This document shows positions 9,160-19,113 of a DNA stretch of 64,000 nt, piece after piece. Position 1 is the first letter of the stretch. Each line of letters begins with the position of its first letter. This stretch comes from Dehalococcoidia bacterium (GTDB lineage Bacteria > Chloroflexota > Dehalococcoidia > Lucifugimonadales > SHYF01), in contig CBDFJM010000003.1 in NCBI GenBank assembly GCA_965248595.1, positions 10,729-74,728 on the forward strand, written 5' to 3'. Below the pieces are notes generated by a model. It was not told where the DNA came from. It searched no databases and saw only the letters and a list, made by a program, of their open reading frames with translations. A program made the position numbers and the translations under genes.

Positions 9160-10656
9160 ATGACTACATCCGTCGCAACTGAATACGAACCCGTCATAGG
9201 GCTAGAGGTCCACGCCCAGCTGCTGACCCGCAGCAAGATGTTCTGCTCCTGCCGGTCGGACTACCAGGGCGCGGAGCCCAACACCACGGTATGCCCTGTC
9301 TGCATGGGTATGCCGGGCTCGCTGCCGGTCATCAACCGGCGGGCCGTGGAGTACGTCATCATGACCGGCCTCGCCCTCAACTGTGCCATCGCGGAGCACA
9401 CCAAGTTCGACCGCAAAAACTATCCGTACCCTGATCTTATGAAGGGGTATCAGATATCCCAGTACGACCAGCCCATTGCCGGCGAAGGCTGGATGACTCT
9501 TCTGGTGGACAGCCAGGAGAGACGGGCTGGCATCACCCGCGTCCACCTGGAGGAGGACGTAGCCAAGCTGTTCCATCGCGCCGACCCTTCGGGCGAGACC
9601 TACAGCCTGCTGGACGTGAACCGCGCGGGTGTGCCCCTCATGGAGATCGTCGGCGAGCCTGACCTCCGCTCCCCAGAGGAAGCGCGGCAATATCTGGTCA
9701 ACCTGCATTCCATACTTCAATACCTGGGCGTATCCACTGGCAACATGGATGAGGGTAGCTTCCGGTGCGACGCCAACATCAGTATGAGGCCCAGGGGGAG
9801 CACCACCCTTGGCACCAAGGTGGAAGTGAAGAACATGAACAGCTTCCGCTCCGTGTTCCGCGCGTTGGAGCACGAGATCGAGCGCCAAGGGCGCGTGGTA
9901 AGGGAAGGTGGCCGCATCGTTCAGGAGACACGCGGCTGGGTAGAGGAGCGGGGCGTCACCGTATCCCAGCGCTCTAAAGAGTACGCCCACGACTACCGGT
10001 ACTTTCCGGAGCCGGACCTTCCGCCTCTGGCCATCAGCCGCCAGTGGGTGGATGAGATACGGTCTCGGATGCCGGAACTGCCCGAGGCGCGGCGCAGCAG
10101 ATATATGAAGGAGTCCAGCCTTTCCGCCTACGCCGCCGCCCTTCTGACGGCATCAAAGACGACGTCAGACTTCTTTGATGCGGCCGTCGCTCTAAAAAGG
10201 CTGGACGGAGACGCCATTCGCCAGCGGGCCAAGGCTGCCTCCAACTGGATGGTTGGAGAGGTGGCCCGGCTTGTGAACGCCTCGGACGTGGAATTGGAGA
10301 CGAGCCGCCTGCGTCCTGCGCACCTGTCCGAGCTGCTGGACCTGGTGGACTCGGGTACCCTGAGCACCACCATGGCCAAGACGGTGCTGGAGGAGACCTT
10401 CGCCACGGGCAAGGCCCCCGGGGCCGTGGTGCAGGAGAAGGGCCTGACCCAGATTACCGACGCATCTTCAATTGAGCCGGCGGTGCAGGAAGCCCTGCAA
10501 GCCAACGCCGCCGCCGTTGCCGACTACCTCAATGGCAAGGAGACCGCCATGCGATTCCTGGTGGGACAGGTCATGAAAGCTACTCGCGGTAGTGCCAATC
10601 CCGCGCTGGTGAACCAGGTGGTGAAGGACAAACTGGAGGCCATGAGGGAAGGGTAG
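9160..10656 (+). CDS. gatB: Asp-tRNA(Asn)/Glu-tRNA(Gln) amidotransferase subunit B
   Basis: 498 aa. YEPVIGLEVHAQL..., SFRCDANIS and C-terminal YqeY-like domain. Confidence 0.95.
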   Translation: MTTSVATEYEPVIGLEVHAQLLTRSKMFCSCRSDYQGAEPNTTVCPVCMGMPGSLPVINRRAVEYVIMTGLALNCAIAEHTKFDRKNYPYPDLMKGYQISQYDQPIAGEGWMTLLVDSQERRAGITRVHLEEDVAKLFHRADPSGETYSLLDVNRAGVPLMEIVGEPDLRSPEEARQYLVNLHSILQYLGVSTGNMDEGSFRCDANISMRPRGSTTLGTKVEVKNMNSFRSVFRALEHEIERQGRVVREGGRIVQETRGWVEERGVTVSQRSKEYAHDYRYFPEPDLPPLAISRQWVDEIRSRMPELPEARRSRYMKESSLSAYAAALLTASKTTSDFFDAAVALKRLDGDAIRQRAKAASNWMVGEVARLVNASDVELETSRLRPAHLSELLDLVDSGTLSTTMAKTVLEETFATGKAPGAVVQEKGLTQITDASSIEPAVQEALQANAAAVADYLNGKETAMRFLVGQVMKATRGSANPALVNQVVKDKLEAMREG

Positions 10657-10767
10657 CAGACTTCTGAAGAAGGGGAGTCCAGATGGGCGAAGGGGTTTTG
10701 TAACCATCGAAGGTAGTTACTTGACACTACACAAACTCCTGCTACTCTAGATACCTAGAGGGACCAC

Positions 10768-10983
10768 ATGCAGACCTATCTCAACATAGCTGAAGTTATA
10801 GTCGCGGTCGTCCTGATCATTGCGGTGCTTATGCAGGTCAAGGGAGCGGGTGGCGGAGTCTTCGGCGGCGGCCAGACCGCCTTCCGCACTCGCCGGGGCG
10901 TAGAGCGCATCCTGTTCCAGTTCACCCTGGTCCTGGGCGGCATCTTCGTCCTGCTCGCCATCATTAGCCTACTGATAGCGTAA
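10768..10983 (+). CDS. secG: Preprotein translocase subunit SecG
   Basis: 71 aa, two TM segments, with the Gly-rich loop LMQVKGAGGGVFGGG. Confidence 0.8.
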   Translation: MQTYLNIAEVIVAVVLIIAVLMQVKGAGGGVFGGGQTAFRTRRGVERILFQFTLVLGGIFVLLAIISLLIA

Positions 10984-10991
10984 GGCCGGCT

Positions 10992-11813
10992 ATGTCCGGC
11001 CCTGTCATCACCCTGCTCACCGACTTCGGCCTGGCCGACGCTTATGTGGGCGCCATGAAGGGCGTGGTGTTGGCGGCCAACCCCCAGGCGACCCTTGTTG
11101 ACCTCACCCACGACGTTCCGCCTCAGGATGTCTTGCAGGGGGCCTTCCTTCTGGGTACAGCGTGGCACTACTTTCCCGCCGGCACCATCCATGTGGCGGT
11201 GGTGGATCCAGGGGTGGGCACGGAGCGGCGCGCTCTGCTCCTTGAGGCCCACGGACACCTGTTCCTGGCCCCCGACAACGGTCTGCTGACCTTCATCCTT
11301 CCTTCACAGGATGCCGATACGCCCCTTCATCAACCTTACCGTGCCGGGCTTCCCCAGGGCTTCCGGGCATACACCCTGACCAACTCCCGATACTGGCGCC
11401 ATCCTGTTAGCGCCACCTTCCACGGCCGTGACATCTTCGCACCCGTAGCGGCGCATCTATCTCAGGGTCTTGCGCCCAAGGATGCAGGAGACCCCATGGA
11501 CAGCCTCATACGACTGGCCATTCCCGTTCCCATCTGGCGGGATGACCGGCTGGCGGGCCACGTGCTTCACGTAGACCGGTTCGGCAACGTGGTCACCACC
11601 CTACTGGAAGCGGCGCTGGCTGGTTGGGAGAGCCTGGTTTTGGAGGTAGGAGGGACCACCGTGCGAGGCCTTGTCCACACCTATGCCGAAGCCGATGGCC
11701 TGGCGGCGCTCATAGGCAGCCACGGCTATTTGGAGATAGCCATGAGCAACGGCAGCGCAGCCCAGGTGCTGGGCGTGAAGGTGGGAGACGAGGTGAGGGT
11801 GAGAAGGGCCTAG
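10992..11813 (+). CDS. SAM hydrolase / SAM-dependent halogenase family protein (DUF62, SAM hydroxide adenosyltransferase-like)
   Basis: 273 aa. N-terminal ITLLTDFGLADAYVGAMKGV is the family signature. Confidence 0.8.
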   Translation: MSGPVITLLTDFGLADAYVGAMKGVVLAANPQATLVDLTHDVPPQDVLQGAFLLGTAWHYFPAGTIHVAVVDPGVGTERRALLLEAHGHLFLAPDNGLLTFILPSQDADTPLHQPYRAGLPQGFRAYTLTNSRYWRHPVSATFHGRDIFAPVAAHLSQGLAPKDAGDPMDSLIRLAIPVPIWRDDRLAGHVLHVDRFGNVVTTLLEAALAGWESLVLEVGGTTVRGLVHTYAEADGLAALIGSHGYLEIAMSNGSAAQVLGVKVGDEVRVRRA

Positions 11814-11888
11814 CCCTGGGACTCTTCCACAGGTCGAGAGTCGCGACACAGTCGAACTTGTAGAACCACGAGGCGAGATATAGCTGGT

Positions 11889-12278
11889 TCACAACGCTAG
11901 GTCGTTAATCAGATCCGCAACGCTCCCCACTACCGCATCCGCCTGCTCCTTGGGAAGGCTCACAAACAAGTGACCAGCGTGCACAATCTTATTCCGCATT
12001 CCGACAAGTTCGTTCAAGCCCAGTAAACTAGGGCGAAGACTTCGGGTTTCCTTCTCTTGGAGGGCTTGCTCAATGGCATTTCGCAATTCGCCAAAAGAAA
12101 TCCCGTCCTGGGTCGGATAGCCCAGGCGGTTAAGTTTTAGCTTCAACGCAGCTTCTACCAGAGTAAGCGCAGCTATTGCGCGAACCCAATGAACGTTTAA
12201 GTAGAGTCCCAGGAAGTGGTGTAACAAGAGTAGAGGGTCTGGATGAAGAGAGACCACCACGTCATCCTTAGCGGGCAA
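11889..12278 (-). CDS. HEPN-like domain protein; 5' end apparently replaced by IS256 sequence
   Basis: 129 aa. Rx4H motif MRNKIVHAGH in an all-helical context. The first ~25 codons (12204-12278) lie inside the IS256 left inverted repeat region. Confidence 0.45.
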   Translation of the reverse strand: MPAKDDVVVSLHPDPLLLLHHFLGLYLNVHWVRAIAALTLVEAALKLKLNRLGYPTQDGISFGELRNAIEQALQEKETRSLRPSLLGLNELVGMRNKIVHAGHLFVSLPKEQADAVVGSVADLINDLAL

Positions 12279-13567
12279 AGACGAGCCTGAGAAAGGAGGA
12301 CAACGGTGGTCAAGGAAAGGATGGACCTGCTTGAGCTAATGCGCAAGAGGGGAGTCGACGGTGACGTGGACTTTCTACGAGAGGCACTGAGAGTGCTGGT
12401 CGAGGAGATCATGGAGGCTGATGTGTCATTGAGGACCGGCGCTGGGTATGGAGAACGCAACCCTGAGCGGGTGACCCAGCGCAACGGGTACCGGTCTCGA
12501 GCATGGGACACTCGCGTAGGGACCATGGAGTTGCAGATACCCAAGCTGAGGGAGGGGAGCTACTTTCCGAGCCTGCTGGAGCCACGGCGTCGCAGCGAGC
12601 GAGCTCTGCTGGCGGTGATCCAGCAGGCGTATGTGGAGGGTGTATCGACGAGGCGAGTGGATGATCTGGTCAAGGCTCTTTGGTGCGAGGGTATCTCAAA
12701 GAGCCAAGTGTCGCGTATCTGCCAGGAGCTGGACGGGGTGGTGGAGAGCTTCCTGGGTCGGCCGCTGGACGGCGGATCATATCCCTACCTGTGGCTGGAC
12801 GCACTAACCCAGAAGGTCAGAGAGGCCGGTAGGATAGTCAACGTCAGCGTGGTGGTGGCGACGGCGGTCAACAGCGAGGGCAAGCGTGAGATCGTTGGGA
12901 TGGACGTGGGTACCAGTGAAGACGGCGCCTTCTGGTTAGCCTTCCTGCGCTCACTGGTCGCCAGGGGCCTCGGCGGGGTGGAACTGGTGGTATCGGACGC
13001 TCATCAGGGACTCAGGGATGCCATCGCAACTGTCTTCGGTGGGGCCAGTTGGCAGCGGTGCCGCACCCACTTCATGACCAACCTGCTCACTCGGGTCCCC
13101 AGGAGCGCTCAGCCCTGGGTGGCCACCATGGTACGCACCATCTACCAGCAGCCGTCCCCTCAGGAGGTGCATGCCCAACTCGAGCGGGTGATTGCTCAGC
13201 TCCAGGACCCGTTCCCACAGGTCGCCTCTCGACTGGACGAGGCTGGACCCGACGTCCTGGCCTTCTCCAGCTTCCCACTCGCCCACTGGAAGAAGGTCTG
13301 GTCCAACAACCCCCTGGAGCGTCTCAACAAGGAGATACGGCGCCGCACCGATGTGGTGGGCATCTTCCCTAACCGCCCAGCTGTCCGTCGCCTGGTCGGC
13401 GCCGTCCTAGCTGAGCAGCACGACGAGTGGGCCGTCGGCCGTCGATACATGACACAGGAGGTAACCACCTCCAACGAAGCTCTACCCAGAGCCGAACTCG
13501 CAGAGGCAGCGGCCTAGACGATATCAACAGGATGACGTACTCTTACACCACTCTATGGGACGTGACC
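12204..13567 (+). mobile_element. IS256-family insertion sequence (~1.36 kb)
   Basis: Imperfect terminal inverted repeats GAGTCCCAGGAAGTGGTGTAACAAGAGTA (12204-12232) and the reverse complement of TACTCTTACACCACTCTATGGGACGTGACC (13538-13567). They flank a single transposase gene. No target duplication was identified. Confidence 0.75.
12306..13517 (+). CDS. IS256-family (MULE/mutator-type) transposase
   Basis: 403 aa. Typical N-terminus ...LLELMRKRGVDGDVDFLREALRVLVEEIMEADV and DDE core (YLWLDA...VVSDAH...CRTHF...NPLERLNKEIRRR). Confidence 0.93.
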   Translation: MVKERMDLLELMRKRGVDGDVDFLREALRVLVEEIMEADVSLRTGAGYGERNPERVTQRNGYRSRAWDTRVGTMELQIPKLREGSYFPSLLEPRRRSERALLAVIQQAYVEGVSTRRVDDLVKALWCEGISKSQVSRICQELDGVVESFLGRPLDGGSYPYLWLDALTQKVREAGRIVNVSVVVATAVNSEGKREIVGMDVGTSEDGAFWLAFLRSLVARGLGGVELVVSDAHQGLRDAIATVFGGASWQRCRTHFMTNLLTRVPRSAQPWVATMVRTIYQQPSPQEVHAQLERVIAQLQDPFPQVASRLDEAGPDVLAFSSFPLAHWKKVWSNNPLERLNKEIRRRTDVVGIFPNRPAVRRLVGAVLAEQHDEWAVGRRYMTQEVTTSNEALPRAELAEAAA

Positions 13568-13755
13568 CAATGTATTACATTTTTAGCTAGCCAGTTAACT
13601 GTTAACTGTAACAGTAAACGACTAGCTAACGACAGTTGACCAGTTGCCAACTAACGGCAGGCCGCTTCGAGCTCGTCAAAGAGAAAGCTGGTCGTGGAGA
13701 CCTGGGTGCTGAGGCGCTATCCTGTCCAGGTCGTTCTGACCAGGTTGGAGATCAG

Positions 13756-13839
13756 GTCATGGACACTACGTCATGGACAGTACGTCATGGACAATATGTC
13801 CTGGACAGTAGGTTATGGACACTACGGCATGTACAGTTC
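13756..13839. repeat. Six tandem 14-bp units, consensus GTCATGGACAnTAC
   Basis: Units counted by hand at 13756, 13770, 13784, 13798, 13812 and 13826, with progressive degeneration. Followed by the near-palindrome CCAGGTCATAATGACTGG. Confidence 0.85.
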
Positions 13840-14201
13840 ATATATACCAGGTCATAATGACTGGGTGATGAAAGACAGGCCATAGCCTGGCCATAGGGAG
13901 ACGTGGCTTATTCAGGGTAGGTTCCGCGCGGGCTGGTTCCTTTGGCGGGTACCTTCAGGCAGAATAATACAGGTACCTAGAGTAACTAATGTAGCCCTGT
14001 GAATGGTATTGAAGTTAGCGAAGGCTTGACGTAGGTGAGGCCTGGCTCAGTCTTCGGTTCGCTGGTCCCATAGGAGGGCGGAACCGGACGGCATTAATCA
14101 GGGAATCCGAGCTCAGTCCAAGGCCCTGCGGCCAAGACGTACAATATCAAGCAAGGTTGTCCAACCATACGAGCGGGCGAGGTTGACGACCTGGATTGTA
14201 T

Positions 14202-15707
14202 TTACGCCCCTGGCAATATCGCCGCAGTAGCCGTCTGAATGACCTTTACCAGAGGCCCCGGATAGACACCGATGAGGACCGTGCCAGCTACCAAGACGCC
14301 CAACAGGCCACCCGTAACCCATGTCACACGCACAGGCGTGGTCTCCTTGGTAGGCTCGATGTACATCTGCCGGACGACCACCAGGTAGTAGTAGACCGAG
14401 ATAAGACTGTTGACAATGGCCAGGCCCGCCAGCCACAGCATGTCGGCCTCCGCTGCGGCTATGAACAGGTAGAACTTGGTGATGAAGCCCGCGAAGATGG
14501 GCAGCCCCGCCAGGGAGAACATAGATACGGTCAGGGCCATAGCGATGAACGGATTGCGCTGGGCCAGGCCGGCGAAGTCGCTGACCTCATCCTTGCCCGT
14601 GGAGTTATAGAAGGCGATGATCGCCACGAAGGCCCCCAGGTTGGTTATGCCATACCCCACCAGGTGGAGGATGATGGCGTTGGAAGCACCCGGGGAAACG
14701 GTCACGTCCCCGTTGGAACTCACCAGGCCCAACGCCGCCAGACCCACCAACAGATATCCAACCTGGCCGATGCTGGAGTAGGCCAGCAGCCGCTTGATGT
14801 TGTGCTGGGCCAGGGCGACAAGGTTGCCCAGGGTCATTGTTGCCGCGGCCAGGATGGCAATCACCATTTGCCACTCCTGTATGGCGGGCAGGAAAGCGGT
14901 GGCGAAGAGGCGCAGCACCAGGGCAAAGGCGGCGGCCTTGGAACCCACCGCCAAGTACGCCGTTACGGGTAGAGGCGCACCCTCGTACACATCGGGGGTC
15001 CACATGTGGAAGGGCACCACCGCCACCTTGAAACCCAGGCCCGATATTATGAACACCAGGCCCACCAGGAATAGCGGCTGAACGGTAGCCCTGCCCTGAA
15101 GGTGGGTGCTGATGGACTGGAAGGTGGTGGGCGATTCTATGTTGTCCAGCACCACGGCCCCATACACCATGCTGATGCCATACAGGAGCAACGCCGAGGC
15201 AAAGGCACCCAGAAGGATATACTTGGTGCCAGCCTCGTTGGACTTGGGGTCCCCCCGGCTATGGGAAACCAGGACGTAGAGGCTGAAGCTCAGAAGCTCA
15301 AGGCCAATGTACGCTGTGAGTAGCTCCGTGGCGTCCACCATGAGCATCATGCCAAGGGTGGAGAACAACACCATGGCGTAGTACTCGCCGGGATGCGTCA
15401 GATACCGTTTGACGAAATCCACCGAAGCCAGGATGACCAGCACGCCCAGGGCCATAAAGGCGACTTTGAAGAAGAGGGCAAACCGGTCCACCATCAAGAT
15501 GCCGTTATAGAGAGGAGTGGCGTCCTTGCCTACAAGGAAAACCAGCGTGAAGACGATCAGTCCAACCAGACCCACCACGGCCACCACAGCCAGAGCATTC
15601 TTCCTCTCCGCGGGCAAAAAGAAATCGATGGTAAGCACCACCAGCGCCAGCGTGGCCACAAGGACCTCCGGCCATAGCAGATGAATGTTTGCAGTCAGGT
15701 TTTCCAT
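14202..15707 (-). CDS. nuoN: NADH-quinone oxidoreductase subunit N
   Basis: 501-aa polytopic antiporter-like protein. Last gene of the nuo operon. Confidence 0.9.
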   Translation of the reverse strand: MENLTANIHLLWPEVLVATLALVVLTIDFFLPAERKNALAVVAVVGLVGLIVFTLVFLVGKDATPLYNGILMVDRFALFFKVAFMALGVLVILASVDFVKRYLTHPGEYYAMVLFSTLGMMLMVDATELLTAYIGLELLSFSLYVLVSHSRGDPKSNEAGTKYILLGAFASALLLYGISMVYGAVVLDNIESPTTFQSISTHLQGRATVQPLFLVGLVFIISGLGFKVAVVPFHMWTPDVYEGAPLPVTAYLAVGSKAAAFALVLRLFATAFLPAIQEWQMVIAILAAATMTLGNLVALAQHNIKRLLAYSSIGQVGYLLVGLAALGLVSSNGDVTVSPGASNAIILHLVGYGITNLGAFVAIIAFYNSTGKDEVSDFAGLAQRNPFIAMALTVSMFSLAGLPIFAGFITKFYLFIAAAEADMLWLAGLAIVNSLISVYYYLVVVRQMYIEPTKETTPVRVTWVTGGLLGVLVAGTVLIGVYPGPLVKVIQTATAAILPGA

Positions 15708-15710
15708 GCG

Positions 15711-17198
15711 TTAGATGCCCGTCACGTGTTTCACGAACGGCATAACGCCGCTGTCGATGACCCGGATGAAGTAGGTGGGATAGACGCCCACAAGCACAAT
15801 CACCGCCACCATGGTGCCAGCGACAGCCGCTTCCAGCCGCGAGGCGTCGGGAAGGCGTTGCCACTGGTCTGGCAGAGGGCCAAAGAACACCTTGGCCAGC
15901 AGCCGCAGGATGTATACGGCCGTGATGGCGGCACCGATGACGCCCAGCACGCCAAGCACGGGGTATGTCCTGAACAGCCCGATGAACACCAGCAGCTCGG
16001 CTACGAAGCCGCTCAGCCCTGGAAGCCCCAGGGATGTCAGCCCCACCACCGCAAAGAAGGCAGCGGTGACCCCCATACGCTTGGCCAGCCCCTCCAGCAC
16101 ACCGATGTCCCGGATATGCGTGCGGTCATAGATAACACCCACCAGGGCGAAGAAGAGGGCCGTCATAATGCCGTGGGAGAACATCTGGAGCACAGCGCCA
16201 CCCACACCCAGGGGCTCCAGCGTCGCAATGCCCATGAGCACGTAACCCATGTGGCTGACGCTGCTATATCCTACAACATACTTCAGGTCGCGCTGCCCCA
16301 TAGCGGAAATGGCACCATAGATGACGTTCACAGTCCCCAGGCCAATGAGAACTGGCATCCAGACTTCCGCACCCTGTGGCAGTATCTCCATGGAGCGGAT
16401 CACGCCGTAGGCACCCAGCTTCATCAGCACACCAGCGTGGACCATGCTTACAGCCGTGGGCGCTGCCACATGGCCATCGGGCGACCAGGTGTGGAAGGGC
16501 CACAGGCCGGCGAGCACACCAAAGCCAACCATAAAGAATGGGAAGAAGAAACGCTGGAAGCCCAGGGTGAACTCCGCATTCTGGAGGTCCCGGAAAAGGA
16601 AACTGTGCTGGTCGCCGGCCACGTACACCGCCAGGATGGCTATCCACGCCAGGACGCTGCCCGCCACCAGGTATAGCATCAGCTTCATTGCGCCGTACTC
16701 CTTGGTGCGCAGAAAGGTGTGGAAGTCGGAGGAGCTGCCCCAAACGCCAATGAGCAGGTACATGGGCACCACCGCTAGCTCGTAGAAGAAGAAGAAGAAG
16801 AACAGGTCTTGGGATACAAACACGCCAAAGACCCCCGCCACCAGAAGAAGGTACAGGACAAAGAAATCTTTGGGGCGGTGAGCAATGTTCCACGACATCA
16901 GGACACCAGCGATGAAGACGATGCCCGTAAGCAGGACCATCAGTACAGAGATGCCGTCGACGCCCAGGCTGTAGCTGATACCCAGCACAGGCAGCCACTC
17001 GAACTCGTTGATGAACTGGAAGCCACCGGCACGGTCGTCATAGGAGAGAAAGGCATAGACCGCCAGAAGACAGGATAGGGCGGCCACCCCGGTGGCGTAC
17101 CCGCGGATCAGTCCATGCCGCTGCCCTGGGAGGAACATAAGCCCTACCCCCCCTACCAGGGGCAAAGCTATGAGGATAAACAAGACCCAGTCGTTCAA
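15711..17198 (-). CDS. nuoM: NADH-quinone oxidoreductase subunit M
   Basis: 495-aa antiporter-like membrane protein (ND4 family) in operon order. Confidence 0.9.
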   Translation of the reverse strand: MNDWVLFILIALPLVGGVGLMFLPGQRHGLIRGYATGVAALSCLLAVYAFLSYDDRAGGFQFINEFEWLPVLGISYSLGVDGISVLMVLLTGIVFIAGVLMSWNIAHRPKDFFVLYLLLVAGVFGVFVSQDLFFFFFFYELAVVPMYLLIGVWGSSSDFHTFLRTKEYGAMKLMLYLVAGSVLAWIAILAVYVAGDQHSFLFRDLQNAEFTLGFQRFFFPFFMVGFGVLAGLWPFHTWSPDGHVAAPTAVSMVHAGVLMKLGAYGVIRSMEILPQGAEVWMPVLIGLGTVNVIYGAISAMGQRDLKYVVGYSSVSHMGYVLMGIATLEPLGVGGAVLQMFSHGIMTALFFALVGVIYDRTHIRDIGVLEGLAKRMGVTAAFFAVVGLTSLGLPGLSGFVAELLVFIGLFRTYPVLGVLGVIGAAITAVYILRLLAKVFFGPLPDQWQRLPDASRLEAAVAGTMVAVIVLVGVYPTYFIRVIDSGVMPFVKHVTGI

Positions 17199-17208
17199 TT
17201 GACCCTCG

Positions 17209-19101
17209 CTAGATAATTCTGGGGATGACCAGCCACCAGAACAGGGCTACCAGCACCACGCCCAGGACCATGGCCAGGGCGTAGTTGTACAGCATCCCTG
17301 TCTCTATGTAGCGGATACGGAACCCTGCGTTCCGGACGGTGTAGGCGGTGCCATTGATGGCGCCATCGTTCACCACCACCCGGTCGAACACCGCCACCAG
17401 GCCGGAGAAGGCCATCACCACCCTGTCAATGGCCCACTGGTAGATGTTGTCCAGGTAGTACTTGTTTGCCAAAAGGCGGTGTAAGGCCCCGAACCGCTGT
17501 ATCAGCGGCTCAGTGGATATGGCGTGTCGCTCGTAGATGGCGTATCCCAGGCCCAGGCCGCCCAGCGCTACAACCACCGATACGGCGGTCAGCCAGAGGT
17601 TCAGTTCGAACTTGTGCGCACCGTTGGTCAGGAAGGAGATGAACCCTGGGTAGCCCCCCACGCTCAGGGCGATGTACCCCGCGCTGAAGGCTCCCACAGC
17701 CAGCACCAGCATGGGCAAGGCCATAGACCGCGGAGCCTCGTGGGCATGTTCGTTCTCAGGCTTCAGGTCGCCCCAGAACACCAACAACGTGGCCCGCGCC
17801 ATGTACAAAGCGCTGAGGAACACAATCCCCAAGGTAATTACCAGGAAGATGGGGTTGCGCCCGTGTAGCACAGCCAGCAGAATCTCGTCCTTGCTGAAGA
17901 AGCCGCTGAGGAGCGGGAATCCCGCCAGGGACAAAGCTCCAATGGCAAAGGTGTAGGCCGTAATAGGCATCCGGTGGCGCAGGCCGCCCATCTCTCGGAT
18001 GTCCGTCTTGTTGGCGCTATGCATCACGCTGCCCGCACCCAGGAACAATAGAGCCTTGGAGAAGGCGTGCACCAATAGGTGGAATATGGCCGCACCCACG
18101 CTGCCAGCGCCAAGGGCCAGCATCATGAACCCCAGGTGGCTTATGGTGGAGTAGGCCAACACCCGCTTCAGGTCTGTCATCACCAGGGCCATTGTGGCTG
18201 CCATACCAGCGGTGATTAGGCCAATGATGGTCACCACCAGCAACGCTGCGGGAGCTGCCTCAAAGAGCGGAAATGTCCGGGCCACAAGGTAGACTCCGGC
18301 GGCCACCATGGTGGCCGCGTGGATCAGTGCGCTGACGGGCGTTGGGCCTTCCATAGCGTCGGGTAGCCACACGTGGAGTGGGAACTGCGCCGACTTCCCC
18401 ATGGCACCTATGAATATCAGGATGGCCGAAAGGGTGAGGCTGGCGTCTGTGAGCAAGCTGGGCTCTCCGGCAACCAGTTTGTAGGCCTCGTCAAATATGG
18501 CCGACATCTGGAAGGTCCCGGTGGCCTTGAACAGGATGAGGATGCCTATGAGCAGGCCCACGTCGCCAATGCGCGTGGTGACGAAGGCTTTCTTGGCCGC
18601 TTCGGCGGCAGAGCGGCGTTCGTACCAAAAACCTATGAGCAGATAGGAACCCAGGCCCACAATTTCCCACGCGATGTATAGAAGCAGGAAGTTGTCGGCC
18701 AGCACCAGGGTTAGCATGGCAGCAGAGAACAGGGCATGGGCGGCAAAGTACCAACCGAATCGCGCCTCGCCGGCCATGTATCCAACGGAGTAGATCTGGA
18801 CGAGCAGCGCTACGAAGCTGACAAGGCCTAGCATGACCAACGACAGGGGGTCAATGGTCATGCCCAGTTGGATAGCCTTGTCGCCCGAGGCATCGCCTAT
18901 CTCAAACCAGGTGCGGGCAAAGCCATAACTTCCCGCGCCCTGGCCCAGAAAGTCCGCCAGCACAAACCAGAACACGGCAAAAGCGCCGCCAATGGCCAGA
19001 ATGGCCAGGAAAGCGCCCTTGCCGGGCAGGTACCTGCCCAGGAGGACTATGAGGCTAAAGGCAGTAAAGCTAAAGGCTGGTGCCAGCCAAGCCGATTCCA
19101 T
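17209..19101 (-). CDS. nuoL: NADH-quinone oxidoreductase subunit L
   Basis: 630-aa ND5-family membrane protein with a C-terminal lateral-helix extension. Confidence 0.92.
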   Translation of the reverse strand: MESAWLAPAFSFTAFSLIVLLGRYLPGKGAFLAILAIGGAFAVFWFVLADFLGQGAGSYGFARTWFEIGDASGDKAIQLGMTIDPLSLVMLGLVSFVALLVQIYSVGYMAGEARFGWYFAAHALFSAAMLTLVLADNFLLLYIAWEIVGLGSYLLIGFWYERRSAAEAAKKAFVTTRIGDVGLLIGILILFKATGTFQMSAIFDEAYKLVAGEPSLLTDASLTLSAILIFIGAMGKSAQFPLHVWLPDAMEGPTPVSALIHAATMVAAGVYLVARTFPLFEAAPAALLVVTIIGLITAGMAATMALVMTDLKRVLAYSTISHLGFMMLALGAGSVGAAIFHLLVHAFSKALLFLGAGSVMHSANKTDIREMGGLRHRMPITAYTFAIGALSLAGFPLLSGFFSKDEILLAVLHGRNPIFLVITLGIVFLSALYMARATLLVFWGDLKPENEHAHEAPRSMALPMLVLAVGAFSAGYIALSVGGYPGFISFLTNGAHKFELNLWLTAVSVVVALGGLGLGYAIYERHAISTEPLIQRFGALHRLLANKYYLDNIYQWAIDRVVMAFSGLVAVFDRVVVNDGAINGTAYTVRNAGFRIRYIETGMLYNYALAMVLGVVLVALFWWLVIPRII

Positions 19102-19113
19102 ACTTAATCCTCA

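Noticed and set aside
13756-13839. Possible CRISPR array (also considered for the repeats at 63796-63933)
   Set aside because: The 14-bp units are contiguous with no spacers. The 63.8-kb repeats are only two full copies with ~79-bp spacing and degenerate. No cas genes other than a Cas4-like nuclease that fits a recombination module.
14090-14101. Shared 12-mer GGCATTAATCAG at 14090 and 44100, both next to mobile DNA (considered as possible att/target sites)
   Set aside because: In 64 kb on both strands roughly a hundred or more chance 12-mer coincidences are expected. The flanks do not extend the match.
14196-16676. Long + strand ORFs (14196..14972, 15681..16676 and others) across the nuo operon
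   Set aside because: His/Gln/Asp/Gly-rich translations antisense to clear polytopic NuoN/NuoM proteins. The same reasoning applies to 7953..8693, 9202..9990, 29313..29942, 42996..43814, 54064..54747 and 54539..55222.
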